A stretch of DNA of 62,996 bases, filler included, from Octopus bimaculoides (Eukaryota), in the NCBI RefSeq assembly GCF_001194135.2. It is 5 parts of 5 records of this genome, joined end to end, with 100 filler letters (N's around TTAATTAATTAA, not from the genome) between each part and the next. Parts side by side here need not be neighbours in the genome. Positions count along the whole stretch, not along the records: positions 1 to 31,451 come from NC_068987.1; 4 more parts are not named here. One strand, given 5' to 3'. Below, piece after piece: positions 1 through 12,544 of this stretch (position 1 is the first letter of the stretch; every line of letters starts with the position of its first letter). The translations under genes and the position numbers were made by a program. Under the pieces are notes generated by a model, which was not told the DNA's origin, searched no databases, and worked only from the letters and a program-made list of their open reading frames with translations.

Positions 1-43
<43 letters not shown>

Positions 44-522
44 TATAAATAAAATATATATATAATGTATATATACATATTGACGTCTGTACATCTATAG
101 GACGAAAGAGAATAGAAGATACATAAATACAAATTATGTGTTCTCATGTAAAATTTATGAAAAAGATGATGAGTTACATAAAATTTACTTTCCATTGCAA
201 TTAGGGGGCTCAAAGTGGGGCAAACAGCACCTGTAAAATTTGAAATACCTCCGATTCCTATGAAAATAACAAGTACTAGTTAATAAAGACGATTTCCAAA
301 ATTTCACCTTCTTAGAATATTCTTTTTTTATACAACCCCCCTAATTGCATTTTATAAAACGGGACGGAGTCCTTCTGAAAATGCAAATACATCCACTTTT
401 CATGGAAGATACGTGTCTTTGGAATAAGTGTACTATGAAACTTCAACAATGCATGACTGAAACAAGTAAAAGAGTACATATATATATATGTATATATAGA
501 TGCATATACATGTATATAAACA

Positions 523-573
<51 letters not shown>

Positions 574-1321
574 NNNNNNNNNNNNNNNNNNNNNNNNNNN
601 NNNNNNNNNNNNNNNNNNNNNNNNNNNNNNNNNNNNNNNNNNNNNNNNNNNNNNNNNNNNNNNNNNNNNNNNNNNNNNNNNNNNNNNNNNNNNNNNNNNN
701 NNNNNNNNNNNNNNNNNNNNNNNNNNNNNNNNNNNNNNNNNNNNNNNNNNNNNNNNNNNNNNNNNNNNNNNNNNNNNNNNNNNNNNNNNNNNNNNNNNNN
801 NNNNNNNNNNNNNNNNNNNNNNNNNNNNNNNNNNNNNNNNNNNNNNNNNNNNNNNNNNNNNNNNNNNNNNNNNNNNNNNNNNNNNNNNNNNNNNNNNNNN
901 NNNNNNNNNNNNNNNNNNNNNNNNNNNNNNNNNNNNNNNNNNNNNNNNNNNNNNNNNNNNNNNNNNNNNNNNNNNNNNNNNNNNNNNNNNNNNNNNNNNN
1001 NNNNNNNNNNNNNNNNNNNNNNNNNNNNNNNNNNNNNNNNNNNNNNNNNNNNNNNNNNNNNNNNNNNNNNNNNNNNNNNNNNNNNNNNNNNNNNNNNNNN
1101 NNNNNNNNNNNNNNNNNNNNNNNNNNNNNNNNNNNNNNNNNNNNNNNNNNNNNNNNNNNNNNNNNNNNNNNNNNNNNNNNNNNATACATATATATGTATA
1201 TATACATTTGTGTATATATATGTATATGCATATACATATGTGTATATATACATGTATCTCTATATGTATATACATATAAATATATATATATATATGATAC
1301 ACACACACATATATATGATAC

Positions 1322-1378
<57 letters not shown>

Positions 1379-2201
1379 CACACACACACGCGTGCATACA
1401 TATATTATACGTACATGCACACTATAGCTTTCATTCTCTACTTGTTTCAGTCATGTGACTGCGGCCATTGTAGGGAACAGCTTAGGAATGTCACTAGATT
1501 GTATGGGGCAATATTTCAGGGTGTTATACATCTTTCGATATAAGTATTACATCTGTCAAAATAAAATCGGCCCATACATATATCTTCTAGCATTCTTTCG
1601 AAGAATGCCCCTCTTATTTTGGTCGAGTCATTCTCATTTCACCTGTGTGTGCACCGACTCTTCAGGCAAGTTGTAACTTGCATGAATGTCACTTGCATTA
1701 GATCCTATGCCCCACACAGGTGAAATTCAGATTAGCAAGAGACTAACTCGGCAAAATAAAATGTTATTAATCTTTACTAGTGGTAGTGAGTACTCTTTTT
1801 TTTTCCCGACAATCAACACTGAATAGATAAATAGACACTATATAATATATATTATATGCATACAGTATATACTACATATATATATACAAACATACACTAA
1901 AATTTTTATATACACACAATAAAATGTTTATACACACACACACCCTATATATACATATACATAGGTTATAGTTGAGAGAGATTAAAAGAAGTTTATGTTT
2001 TTGTTTTTGAAACGACCCTACAAACCATTTTTATAATCGAACACGATCTGATAAGAGATATCGAAAGATCAAAGGGTAGCTTGTATAAATTCAAGAGTGG
2101 ATATTCTATATTGACGGATTTAATTTCCACTGTTAAAATGCAAAAGAAACTAAAAAAAATTCATAAACCGAAACCCTATTAAAAAGTAAGTTGTTGCTTA
2201 C

Positions 2202-2407
2202 TATCCGTTCAGATTGTTCTGTGAATTAATATCGACATGAAAGTTTTCCACAAGTTGACGCAGTTTAATAATATCACCGATGGCCGCAGCTTCTCTTAGA
2301 GCTTCTTGCTCGGCCTTATGATTAAGTGTTGTTGTGGTTGTGGTGGTGACCGACGTTGCTGCTGTACTGGTAGACTCATCTTCTTCGTAGCCGTTTGTTG
2401 TCTCCAT
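2202..2407 (-). CDS. ANKRD40: First coding exon of ankyrin repeat domain-containing protein 40-like gene (rest lies outside the window or in a gap)
   Basis: METTNG...EQEALREAAAIGDIIKLRQLVENFHVDINSQNNLNG matches the ANKRD40 N-terminus as I recall it (EQQERLREAAALGDIREVQKLVESGVDVNSQNEVNGW). ATG at 2407. Polypyrimidine tract + CAG acceptor puts the exon start at 2417. GTAAGC donor at 2201 (phase 2). Confidence 0.85.
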
Positions 2408-2641
2408 TTTTGTGGTACTGAGACAGCGAAGATTAATAGAAATAAAGAGGAAGAAAGGGAGAGACACAAACAGGAGGTGTTCTGAGGTATATAATAAACT
2501 ACAAACGATGGGGCAGCATACGTAATATTATACGTATACGTACATGTGTATGTCCGTATATATTATAATGTATTTATAAATGTGTGTGTGTATATATATA
2601 TACATACGCACACATCATATATATGATGTATTTATAAGAGT

Positions 2642-2680
<39 letters not shown>

Positions 2681-4145
2681 ACTCGTGTGTTCCTCTTCAA
2701 CCTTTTACACACACATATATATATATATAGTTTTTATGAAGTTAGGCGAAGATAAAGGACGTGTACACCACCCATTTCCAACGTTTCGTTTTTTTTCTTT
2801 TTTTCAAAAGTTTTTTCGGATTTCTGTTTTTAATATAGAAGAATACAATTTTGCCCAAAAATCACGTTTTCAAATTTTAATTTCCCTCACCCACACTTCA
2901 ATTTATTAAATTTTAAACTTTTTTCGAATTTTTCTTTTTAAACCACGTTAAAAAATACAGATTACGAACCTAGGAATTTTTGTTTTTTTNNNNNNNNNNN
3001 NNNNNNNNNNNNNNNNNNNNNNNNNNNNNNNNNNNNNNNNNNNNNNNNNNNNNNNNNNNNNNNNNNNNNNNNNNNNNNNNNNNNNNNNNNNNNNNNNNNN
3101 NNNNNNNNNNNNNNNNNNNNNNNNNNNNNNNNNNNNNNNNNNNNNNNNNNNNNNNNNNNNNNNNNNNNNNNNNNNNNNNNNNNNNNNNNNNNNNNNNNNN
3201 NNNNNNNNNNNNNNNNNNNNNNNNNNNNNNNNNNNNNNNNNNNNNNNNNNNNNNNNNNNNNNNNNNNNNNNNNNNNNNNNNNNNNNNNNNNNNNNNNNNN
3301 NNNNNNNNNNNNNNNNNNNNNNNNNNNNNNNNNNNNNNNNNNNNNNNNNNNNNNNNNNNNNNNNNNNNNNNNNNNNNNNNNNNNNNNNNNNNNNNNNNNN
3401 NNNNNNNNNNNNNNNNNNNNNNNNNNNNNNNNNNNNNNNNNNNNNNNNNNNNNNNNNNNNNNNNNNNNNNNNNNNNNNNNNNNNNNNNNNNNNNNNNNNN
3501 NNNNNNNNNNNNNNNNNNNNNNNNNNNNNNNNNNNNNNNNNNNNNNNNNNNNNNNNNNNNNNNNNNNNNNNNNNNNNNNNNNNNNNNNNNNNNNNNNNNN
3601 NNNNNNNNNNNNNNNNNNNNNNNNNNNNNNNNNNNNNNNNNNNNNNNNNNNNNNNNNNNNNNNNNNNNNNNNNNNNNNNNNNNNNNNNNGGATTTTCATT
3701 TTTGACATTGTGTTCTACATGTCCAGGTCGTACGAGTAGCCTTCTCGCAACTTAGATGTGAAAATGAACGGCTTCAATTTATATTGAAACAGAAAAAAGA
3801 TCACATGTGGAGTCCCCACCACGAAACTTGATATGCTAAAAATAACAACTAAACGCAGACAATCCAAATCTTGCATTTACTCAGAAAGTTGAACTGCGAG
3901 TTTCACGCTTTTTACCAGAGAACATATATTCGAAAACGAAAAATACAAAATAAAAATCCCCCCCGTGGGTGGGGAGGGGGTGAAATCTCAAAAAAATATT
4001 TTAGGGGGAATCGCATGACCGGGACATATAGAACACATTATCGAAAACGAAAATCGCCTAACTTAAAAAATAAAAAAAGTTACAGCCATTTTCCCTCAGT
4101 GTCTAATTCCAATGTCCACCCATACATATATATATATACATATAT

Positions 4146-4299
4146 ACGACGGGCTTCTTTCAGTTTCCGTCTACCAAATCCACTCACAAGGCTTTGGTCG
4201 GCCCGTGGCTATAGAAGAAAACACTTGCCCAAGGTGCCACACAGTGGGAATGAACCCGGAACCATGTGGTTGGTAAGCAAGCTACTTACCACACAGCCA
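4146..4299 (-). mobile_element. tRNA-derived SINE family A, 5' head
   Basis: Reverse complement reads TGGCTGTGTGGTAAG (A-box) ... GGTTCATTCCC (B-box-like) ... CACCTTGGGCAAGTGT. Near-identical copies at 40.0 and 54.5 kb. Confidence 0.85.
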
Positions 4300-4899
4300 A
4301 TCTTTTTTTAAAAATTCTTGTACACGTTCTTTACCTTCGCCGTTNNNNNNNNNNNNNNNNNNNNNNNNNNNNNNNNNNNNNNNNNNNNNNNNNNNNNNNN
4401 NNNNNNNNNNNNNNNNNNNNNNNNNNNNNNNNNNNNNNNNNNNNNNNNNNNNNNNNNNNNNNNNNNNNNNNNNNNNNNNNNNNNNNNNNNNNNNNNNNNN
4501 NNNNNNNNNNNNNNNNNNNNNNNNNNNNNNNNNNNNNNNNNNNNNNNNNNNNNNNNNNNNNNNNNNNNNNNNNNNNNNTCAATTCCCTAACTCAAAACCT
4601 AACCCTAAAATGAGGAAATGGGAGGGATTGAAATTTTGAATTTGAGATTTTTGAAAATTTTTTTTTCAGAATCGGAATCTCCATAGCCTAAAACGTGGGA
4701 TTCCGTAAAAAGAATAATAAAATAAGGGGGGGAAAGGTTCAGATTACATATTAGTCCATCTGGATCAAAGTGAGTATGCGTGCTGTGTCATTCTTCCAAT
4801 TTTCTCAGCAAAGTTTTGCATATTTGCAATATATGACAACACGGTAAGGAAGGGTCTCATTGAAAATGAGAAAGAAGGGTTACCTGCAACTTTTTTCTC

Positions 4900-5240
4900 A
4901 TCAAAAACCAGAAACACTGGAAGCAGTAATGATTTAAAAGTATTTTAGAGAAAGGGTCATAGGTCAAGTGTTTCCTACACATCATACAGTGTGGAGATGC
5001 AAAGACAAGAAGATTTGAGAATTTTATGACAAGCAACAATTTGAGTGGATTCAGATTTGAATCACAGGCAGGGTCATGCGAGGACCTTACACAGTCAGAA
5101 AGTTGAAAAAAATATAGAGAAATTTTCGACTTGTGCGATGTAACACCTCAGAATGTCTTCAACTGTGATAATAAAGCAATTGTTTCCTCACCACCATCAA
5201 AAATGAATTTCTCTTCCAAACAGAGATTAGCATTATCTCT
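4900..5240 (+). mobile_element. Possible degraded pogo/Tigger-like transposase remnant
   Basis: CDVTPQNVFNCDNK resembles the pogo 'Y.P..IFNCDETG' motif. Only this short motif is recognisable. Confidence 0.35.
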
Positions 5241-6294
5241 TTCTTTTAATTTTTCATTAGAATGTATGGAGACATGTTACAAAAATATTAGAATTTTACT
5301 AACTTGCTTGATCTGTGACTAAACCTTGATTTAATTTTAATTGCAAATATGTTCTGTAAAGATAACTTATTTTAATACAATATTTATGTATTTTCATAAA
5401 TGTTTCTTTTGCATAGTCATCTACAAATTCGTACACACAATCGTGGCTGAAAATTTATGCATTTTACCTCCGTATCAACTTTGAAAGTATTGTGGTTTTC
5501 GTCACTGCTTGTCGAAATCTTTAAAAGAAAATTTTAATGTATCATTTGCATGTAATTTCTGACACTGAACCCAAATTTGTTATTCATTTATTCAAGAAAA
5601 ATTTTGCGAAAATGTTACATATGTTCAAAATTTGATAATTTTCACACACTAGATAAAACTTCAGTACAAATTATGTTATTTGTTGCTGTGTGCAAGCGCA
5701 TAATTACAGCTCAACGTCAATTGAAATGACCTTTTTTGTAATTTGTGTTTGAAAAGAGTGTATTTCAAAACCTGATCAATATAAAATTAAAGGAAGTTTT
5801 TTTCAGAAATCGTATCATTTATCTGTTGTTTCTAGCATGTTGGAGATGACATTTGTGCCCCCACTTTTTTTTCCTAAATTTCTTCGAATTCCTGTTTTCG
5901 ATATAGGAGATTAGGATTTTGCCCCCCAAAATACGTTTTCAAAATGTTTCTTTCCCCCCTCCCCACCCCAATTTTGTAATTTTAAACTTTTTTCAAAATT
6001 TTTTTTTTTGTAATCCATGTAGAAAAATACAGAGATTATGAATCTTTAAGAATTAAAAAAAAAATTTTCTTAAACACTCAAATCCCCTACCCCAACCTCT
6101 ACCTCCCCACTTTCAAAAAGCTAAAAATTCCAGCACTGGTTCAGTACTATGTACCAAAAGTGAAAGAATAAGATCTATTGGATATATTATAATATGATAT
6201 AATGTGGTTTCACTTTTAATTCTAAGACTAAGATTAACTTATTTCTATTATATTTGAAATATAGTATATAGATTGACAAGGCACAAATATATAG

Positions 6295-6352
<58 letters not shown>

Positions 6353-6800
6353 CTTTTTATACTGAATAATCTATATCCTAATGGAACAACATAACACATT
6401 GGCAACTTTCGGGCTTTACAGTCACGACAGTGGGATGCATTGATTGGTTGAAAGTACATGGCCTCCTCAATCATCATCTCAACTGTCCTATATGTCAGTG
6501 TCTGCCAAACTATGTGCTGCAAAAAATATTTTTTGGAAACAACAATCCAAGAACGTTTGCAAAGTTCAAGTGTAAATATAAATTAATTGTATAAATTGTA
6601 AAATATGGTAAATATAAATCAATTAAGTTACATGACGAACAGCAGCTTTGCTACAATATATTACATTTCTACATTTAAAGCGGGATTGTCTGTAAGAAAA
6701 TTGTTTAGTAGTCCTAGTAGTTTTAAATTTTTGATTTATTTATAATTTACATAAATTGTTTTATGTTAATTTTAATCAATTTTTAATTTTAGACTTAAAC

Positions 6801-7885
6801 ATGGACAAATTTTTATTGAGACCTCAGAAAAATGAGAAAGAGAATCATAGCAAACAAGACGAACACCTGAATAAAAAGTCCACCTTATCAAAAGTAAAAT
6901 GTAATGAAAATTACATCCAATATGGTTTTATATTATCGGAAAAAGACAACTCGGTTCCTTTTTATGTGATTTGTTTAATAACACTCTCAAATGAAGTGAT
7001 GGTTCCCAGTAAACTTCAACGTCATTTAATAACAAATCATCTACAACATAAGGAGAAACCAAAAGAATATACTTTGAGATGCTAAAAAATAATTTAAAAA
7101 TTCAATCAAAAAGGATGAAGAAATTTCACTCAATTCCCGAGAAAGTTCAAATTGATAGATAGAAGATTGCCCAGCTTTTGGCAAAGAAGAAAAAATCACA
7201 TTCCCATGCCGAAAACATTATTTTATCAGCCTTAGAGATCACTGTTGGCACAATGGTTAGTGATGAAGCTGTCAAACAAACTAAGACAATTCCTTTGCCC
7301 ACATGATTTCTCGTAAAATTCAAGACAATTTGCAAGACGATGATCAGCTCCGCAAACATATCACTGAAGCAAAAAATGAACTTGAAGACTTGTGGGCCTT
7401 ACAAATCAATGAAAGTACAGACATCAGCAACAAAGCTCAACTAATTTCATTTCTGCAAATCATCAGAGGTGGTAAAATCATAAGTCAGTTTTACTTTTGT
7501 TGTGAATTGAAGGAAAGAATCACAGGAGATGTCTTTAACCTGGTAAACCAAAATGTCATATTGAGAGGGATGCAGTGGCAAACTTGTATTAGCGTCTGCA
7601 CTGATAGTGTTCCATCCATGCAGGGTTGAAAAAAAGGCTCCATGGCTCATGTATTACAAAAAAATTCACATGTTAAAATTGTATATTGCATGATTCACCA
7701 CAAAGTTTTGGTGTCAAAATCTCTACCTTTTGGTCTCCTGAAGACGATGGACAACATTGTTAAAGTGATGAATTACATAAAATTGCATTCCCTATGGTGC
7801 AGACTTTCTCTATGTGAAACAATGGATTCTGATTTTCAGTGTTTACTGCTTCATACAGAAATGCAATGACTTCATCAGGTAAAGA
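6801..7885 (+). pseudogene. Disrupted hAT (Charlie/Buster, ZBED5/SCAND3-like) transposase
   Basis: Frameshifted pieces: YIQYGF...LSNEVMVPSKLQRHLITNH (BED finger), WALQINESTDISNKAQL, VCTDSVPSMQG, IVYCMIHH, LLLHTEM. Truncated by the PLE at 7886. Confidence 0.9.
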
Positions 7886-9630
7886 AAATGATTGCACATG
7901 CACTAGGAGCTTGCATAAGAGTTACCCTAAAAGGCTACACGTTTAAGTTTCACAACAAAATATATGCCCAGGATGAGGGGACAGCCATCGGTGTTAGTAT
8001 CGCCGGTGATGTGGTCAACCTTTTCATGGTATGGTGGGACAGAAGGCTTAAGGAACGCCTGACACAGAACTCCATACTCCTGAATATGTACTCTCGCTAT
8101 GTCGATGAGATCAATGTAGTGGTAAAGACACCCCCACAAGAGAGTACTCTTGAAATAGAAATAGAAACTAATACTATGGAGAGCATCCAGCAAATAGCTA
8201 ACTCCATCTACCAGAGTATTAAGGTTACGATAGACTACCCTACTAAACACCCTAACCATAGACTACCAGTACTAGATACAGAACTCTGGCTGGAAACTGA
8301 GAATAATAAAACCTGAATCCTTCATTCACACTATGCCAAACCTATGGCCTCCAAATACCTGATCCACCGGAACTCAGCTATTGCGGACAATGCCAAATTC
8401 AATATATTGATGGCAGACCTCGTCAGAGTAATGCGAAATGTGTCCCGCATGTGCGATCCTACAGAGTTAAAGAGACATATACAACATTTCATTCGCCGCA
8501 TTTCAAGAGTTCTCGGGTTACAGCCATAAAGAAAGGATCAGAGTATACAAAGGAGCTATGAGGAAATTTGAAACCATCAAACGTAATAATAGGAATGGAA
8601 TTTGCCCACTTTATAGGAGCAAGTCCTGGAACACCATTGAAAGGATTAAGAAGAAAATAGGGAAGGCCAACTCATAGTATGATAACCACAAATACCAGAG
8701 CGTCATGTTCGTCGACACCACCCCTAGAGGCGAACTGGCATACCGCTTTAGAAGGGCCCTAGACAAACTTAAGGTTGTTGAAAGGCCAGGCAACCCTATC
8801 AAATCCCTTATCGGTAGAACCTCCTGTACTGATAGGAACTGTACTATGCCAAACAAACTGTAAAGCTAGAAATGTAGTTTATAGTATAAGATGTACAGAG
8901 GGACGATGCAGTAACAAGACAACAATGTACGTAGGGGAAATGGCACGGAGCATAGGAGAACGGGAAAATGAACATTGGAGGGCACTTAAGGAAGAGAAGA
9001 GTTCATCAGTTCTGTACCAGCACGCTGAGCAGGAACACGGCGGCTCACTCAACAACATAGAAATTAAAATCTTATCCACACATAGCACAGACGCAGCACT
9101 TAGACAAATTACAGAATCTACACACATCATAGAAGATAAACCTAGCCTGAATAGGAAACTGGAATGGAACACTAGCACACACCACAACATATGACAATAA
9201 AATTCCCATAAACTGATAACAATATGAACAAAATATAATACAACACACAGATAAACAAATAGAATTAAATAACTACATACGTTATCAAAAATTAAATACA
9301 AAAAAATAGAAAAAAAACAATAATAAGTAGGTATAAACACGAACAAATAAATAAAAACAAATTAAACGAACATGTATAAACGGGATACAGATAATACAGG
9401 CACTCCCCATACACACACATGCACTTACTAAACATAGACACACATAGAGGGATACGCATGCGCAAATAAAGACACATACAATAGAAATACAAAATGGCTG
9501 ATCGTTAGTAAGGAGGGACACACAAAGAAGAAAGCAAAGGACCACTGATGAGGTCACCGAAGTGTGATGAAAGAACTCTGGCCGCAATACGATTAATGTA
9601 AAATAAGGCTGAAGCAAATTAACACCAAAT
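7886..9630 (+). mobile_element. 5'-truncated Penelope-like retroelement with RT and C-terminal GIY-YIG endonuclease (Neptune-like, tentative)
   Basis: RT: QDEGTAIGVSIAGDVVNLFM...YSRYVDE...LPVLDTELW. Nuclease: CQTNCKARNVVYSIRC...MYVGEMARSIGERENEH...ALRQITES...KPSLN. Stops and frameshifts present. Hammerhead motif in the 3' end. Confidence 0.9.
9539..9583 (+). ncRNA. Minimal type I hammerhead ribozyme motif (degenerate) in the PLE 3' region
   Basis: GGACCA-CTGATGA-G-GTCAC(CGAAGT)GTGAT-GAAA-GAAC-TC^TGGCC. Both core halves present; stem I GG(A)CCA/TGGCC; stem II 5 bp. Confidence 0.7.
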
Positions 9631-9754
9631 ATATAGTGCGTGTGTTTTTATTGGCTAAACTGGCAACATGACCATCCCCAAATACAACAATATCTGTTTC
9701 AACACACGATTTCACATCAAGAATCTTGCAAAACAAATATATAAGGCTTCTTGT

Positions 9755-11580
9755 ATAATTCCATTCATATCCATGATGTTTTATAGGATCAGTAAATGAA
9801 ACTCAGTACTTAACTGCTACTTATACAAACCAATAAGCAAAGCTCTAGATAGTCTTAATCTACTATTATAATTCCATTCACATCTACTATTATAATTCCT
9901 CACAAATTAATGTGAGGGTGTCTAGGTACTCTTAATCTTCTATTATAATTCTACTATGACATCTATGTTTCATAGGAATATTCAATCAAGCCCAGTACTT
10001 AATTGATACTTATAGAAACCAATGAGGGAACCTCTTGGTAGTCTTAGTCTTTTATTATAATTCCATTTGCATCTTGGATGTTTTATTGGAATGCCAAATC
10101 AATTCCAGGACTTAACTGCTACTTATACAAACCAATGATGAAGCATCAAGGTATTCTTAGTCTTATATTATAATTCCATTCACAGTTAAAACTTTGGCAT
10201 TGCTTGAAGAAGTAGTGCATCTCTTCTTTGTTCCTGACTAGAGATAGATTTATCTTTCATTCCAGTTACCCTTTATTGACATTTGAAATGTCGGGTGACT
10301 TTTGGCCAACCCATGTTGTAATGCTTTTCTTTTTTAAAACATCTAGGATGTTTTATAGAAATATTGAATAAACCCCAGTACTTAACTGCTATTTACACAA
10401 ACCAAAGAGAAGCCTCTAGGTAGTCTATTATAATTCCATTCATGTCTTGGATGTTTTAGAGGAATATAGAAATTAAACCCAGTACTTAACTGCTACTTAT
10501 TGAAACCAATGAGGGTGACACTAGGTAGTCTTAGTCTTCTATTATAATTCCATTCACATCCAGTCTGTTTTATAGGAATATTAAATTGATCCCAGTACTT
10601 AACTGTTATTTACACAAACCAATGAGAGTGTCTCTGGGTCGTCATATTCTATTACAATCCATGCACATCTAGGATGTTTTATAGGAATATTAAAGTAAGT
10701 GCCAATACTTTACTGCTACTTGTATAAACTAATAGAGAGCCTCCAGATAGACTTTGTCTTGTATTGTAATTCCATTTGCATCTAAGGATTTTTTATAGGA
10801 ATTTTGAATCATCCTCATTACTTAACTGCTATTTATACAAACCAATGGGAACCCCTCTAGGTAGTCTTTGTCATATGTTGAGGCAAGTGAAATCAGAGTC
10901 AAATTCGATGACAGCACCGCAAGACTGGCATCCGTGCTAGTGGAGTGCTAAGAGCACCATCTGAGCGTGATCATTGCTAGAGCCGCTGACTGGCTCCCGT
11001 GCCTGTGGCATGTAAAAAGCACAATTCAAGTGTGATTGTTACCAGCGTCGCCTTACAGGCACTTGTGCCGGTGGCATGTGAAAAACAATATTCGTGCAAG
11101 GTCATTGCCAGTGCTGCTGGACTGGCTCCTGTGCAGGTGGCACATAAAAAACACCATTTGAGCGTGGCCGTTGCCAGTACCACCTGACTGGCCCTTGGCT
11201 AGTGACACGTAAAAGCACCCAATACACTCTCGGAGTGGTTGGCGTTAGGAAGAGCATCTAGCTGTAGAAACTCTGCCAGATCGGATTGGAGCCTGGTGCA
11301 GCCATCTGGCTCACCAGTCTGCAGTCAAATCGTCCAGCATGGAAAGTGGACGTTAAACGATGATGATGATGATGATCTTGGAGGTTTCATAGGATTATTA
11401 AATCAGCCCTTCTACTTAACTGCTCCCAACTTATGCAAATGAATGAGGGGGCCTCTAGTTAGTCTAAGCTTTCTTTTATAATTCCATTTACATCCATGAT
11501 GCTTTATAGGAACATGAAATCAAACCCCAGTAGTTAACTGCTATTTATACAAGCCAATGAGGGAGCCTCTAGGTAGCTTT
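9755..11580. repeat. Diverged ~112-bp tandem satellite, about 10 units, interrupted twice
   Basis: The anchor CTTAACTGCTA recurs near 9799, 9998, 10111, 10381, 10486, 10598, 10708, 10821, 11415 and 11533. Units also share ATAATTCCATT, GTTTTATAGGAA and AAACCAATGAG. Confidence 0.9.
10877..11376 (+). mobile_element. 3' UTR fragment of an RTE-type LINE with (GAT)n tail, inserted into the satellite
   Basis: Ends GGACGTTAAACGATGATGAT. Homologous to the reverse complement of 28900-29130, which is linked across a gap to an RTE RT. Confidence 0.8.
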
Positions 11581-11679
11581 ACTCTGATTTTTTTCCATAC
11601 TTTTTGTTTGTGGTTGTGAGATTTTTCCTCATTTTACAATATCTCACATTTGAAATCACTTTTCTTTTACTATTCTTTT

Positions 11680-12052
11680 GCCTGTTTTAGTCATTTAAGT
11701 GCAGCTATGCTAGAGCACCGTCTTAAAGGTCTATTGGTTGAAGTAGTGAAACCCAGGACTTATTCTTTGTAACCCTAGTACATATTGTATCAGCCACTTT
11801 TGTTAAAGCACTTAATTATGCAGACATAAGCATGCCAACACCAGATGTCAAGTGATGAGGAGGGCAGGACAAATATTGACACAAAGACACACATAAATAT
11901 ATATATGTATGACAAGCTTCTTTCAGTTTTCGTCTACTAAATATACTGACAAGGCTTTGGTTGGTCTGAAGCTATAGTAGAAGTCACTTGTCCAATTGGC
12001 CATGCAATGGGAACCATGTGGTTGGGAAGCAAGCTTCTTACCACACAGCCAT
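11680..12052 (-). mobile_element. Degenerate SINE family A copy
   Basis: Colinear with 54236-54629 (CCAGGACTTATTCTTTGT, CTTTCAGTTTTCGTCTAC, CTTACCACACAGCCA). Confidence 0.75.
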
Positions 12053-12361
12053 GAGTATTTTGACATCTATGCTTTACAAACATCTCACCTCACCTCATGT
12101 AATGGCTTTCATTTTTGGTTCACAGCATTGTTGCTGTCATTGTGTTTAAGAGCCAGGGCCGTTCTCATCAAACAGACCCATGATGAAGGGGTGTTCCGAA
12201 TGTGACCAATCTGCCATAATGGCTGGTTGCTTAAGGATCCCATTTTGCAACCCTGTGGTCTTGGGGTCAGTATCACATGTGGAAGCCTCTCATATATGTC
12301 TTTTATCTTTTTGTTTTGTGTGTATATAAATATAAATACACACACACATAATATAATATAA

Positions 12362-12530
12362 GGTGTGGCTGCATCACTTAAAAATTTGCTTCCCAACCAC
12401 ATGGTTCTGGGTTCAATTGCACTGTGTGGCATCTTGGGCAGTTGTCTTCTACTACAGCCTATAGCCTTGGGCCAACCAAAGCCTTGTGAGTAGATTTGGT
12501 AGATGGAAACTGAAAGAAGCCTGTTGTATA
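12362..12530 (+). mobile_element. SINE family A head, inverted relative to the 11680-12052 copy
   Basis: CCCAACCACATGGTTCTGGGTTCAA...CTTGGGCAG...GGAAACTGAAAGAAGCC. Confidence 0.75.
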
Positions 12531-12544
12531 TATGAGTGTGTGTG

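Noticed and set aside
312-1458. Long ORFs here and at all other N runs (2962-3708, 18773-19739, 28973-30391, 40812-41412, 42434-43382, 46189-46833, 52213-53185, 55982-57226)
   Set aside because: They are open only because N codons are not stops; the flanks are (TA)n/(CA)n microsatellites giving YI/HT repeats.
3700-3800. Helitron helicase C-terminal motif (HVQVVRVAFSQ vs HGQLYVALSR)
   Set aside because: Too short and divergent to support on its own.
6420-6516. Candidate minus-strand exon HIVWQTLTYRTVEMM... (phase 0-1, compatible with the 31845 donor)
   Set aside because: Splice sites are plausible but the peptide has no family match and does not continue the Cys pattern; unsupported without cDNA.
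9755-11580. CRISPR-like repeat-spacer array
   Set aside because: Eukaryotic context, the whole unit is homologous, repeats are degenerate, and there are no cas genes.
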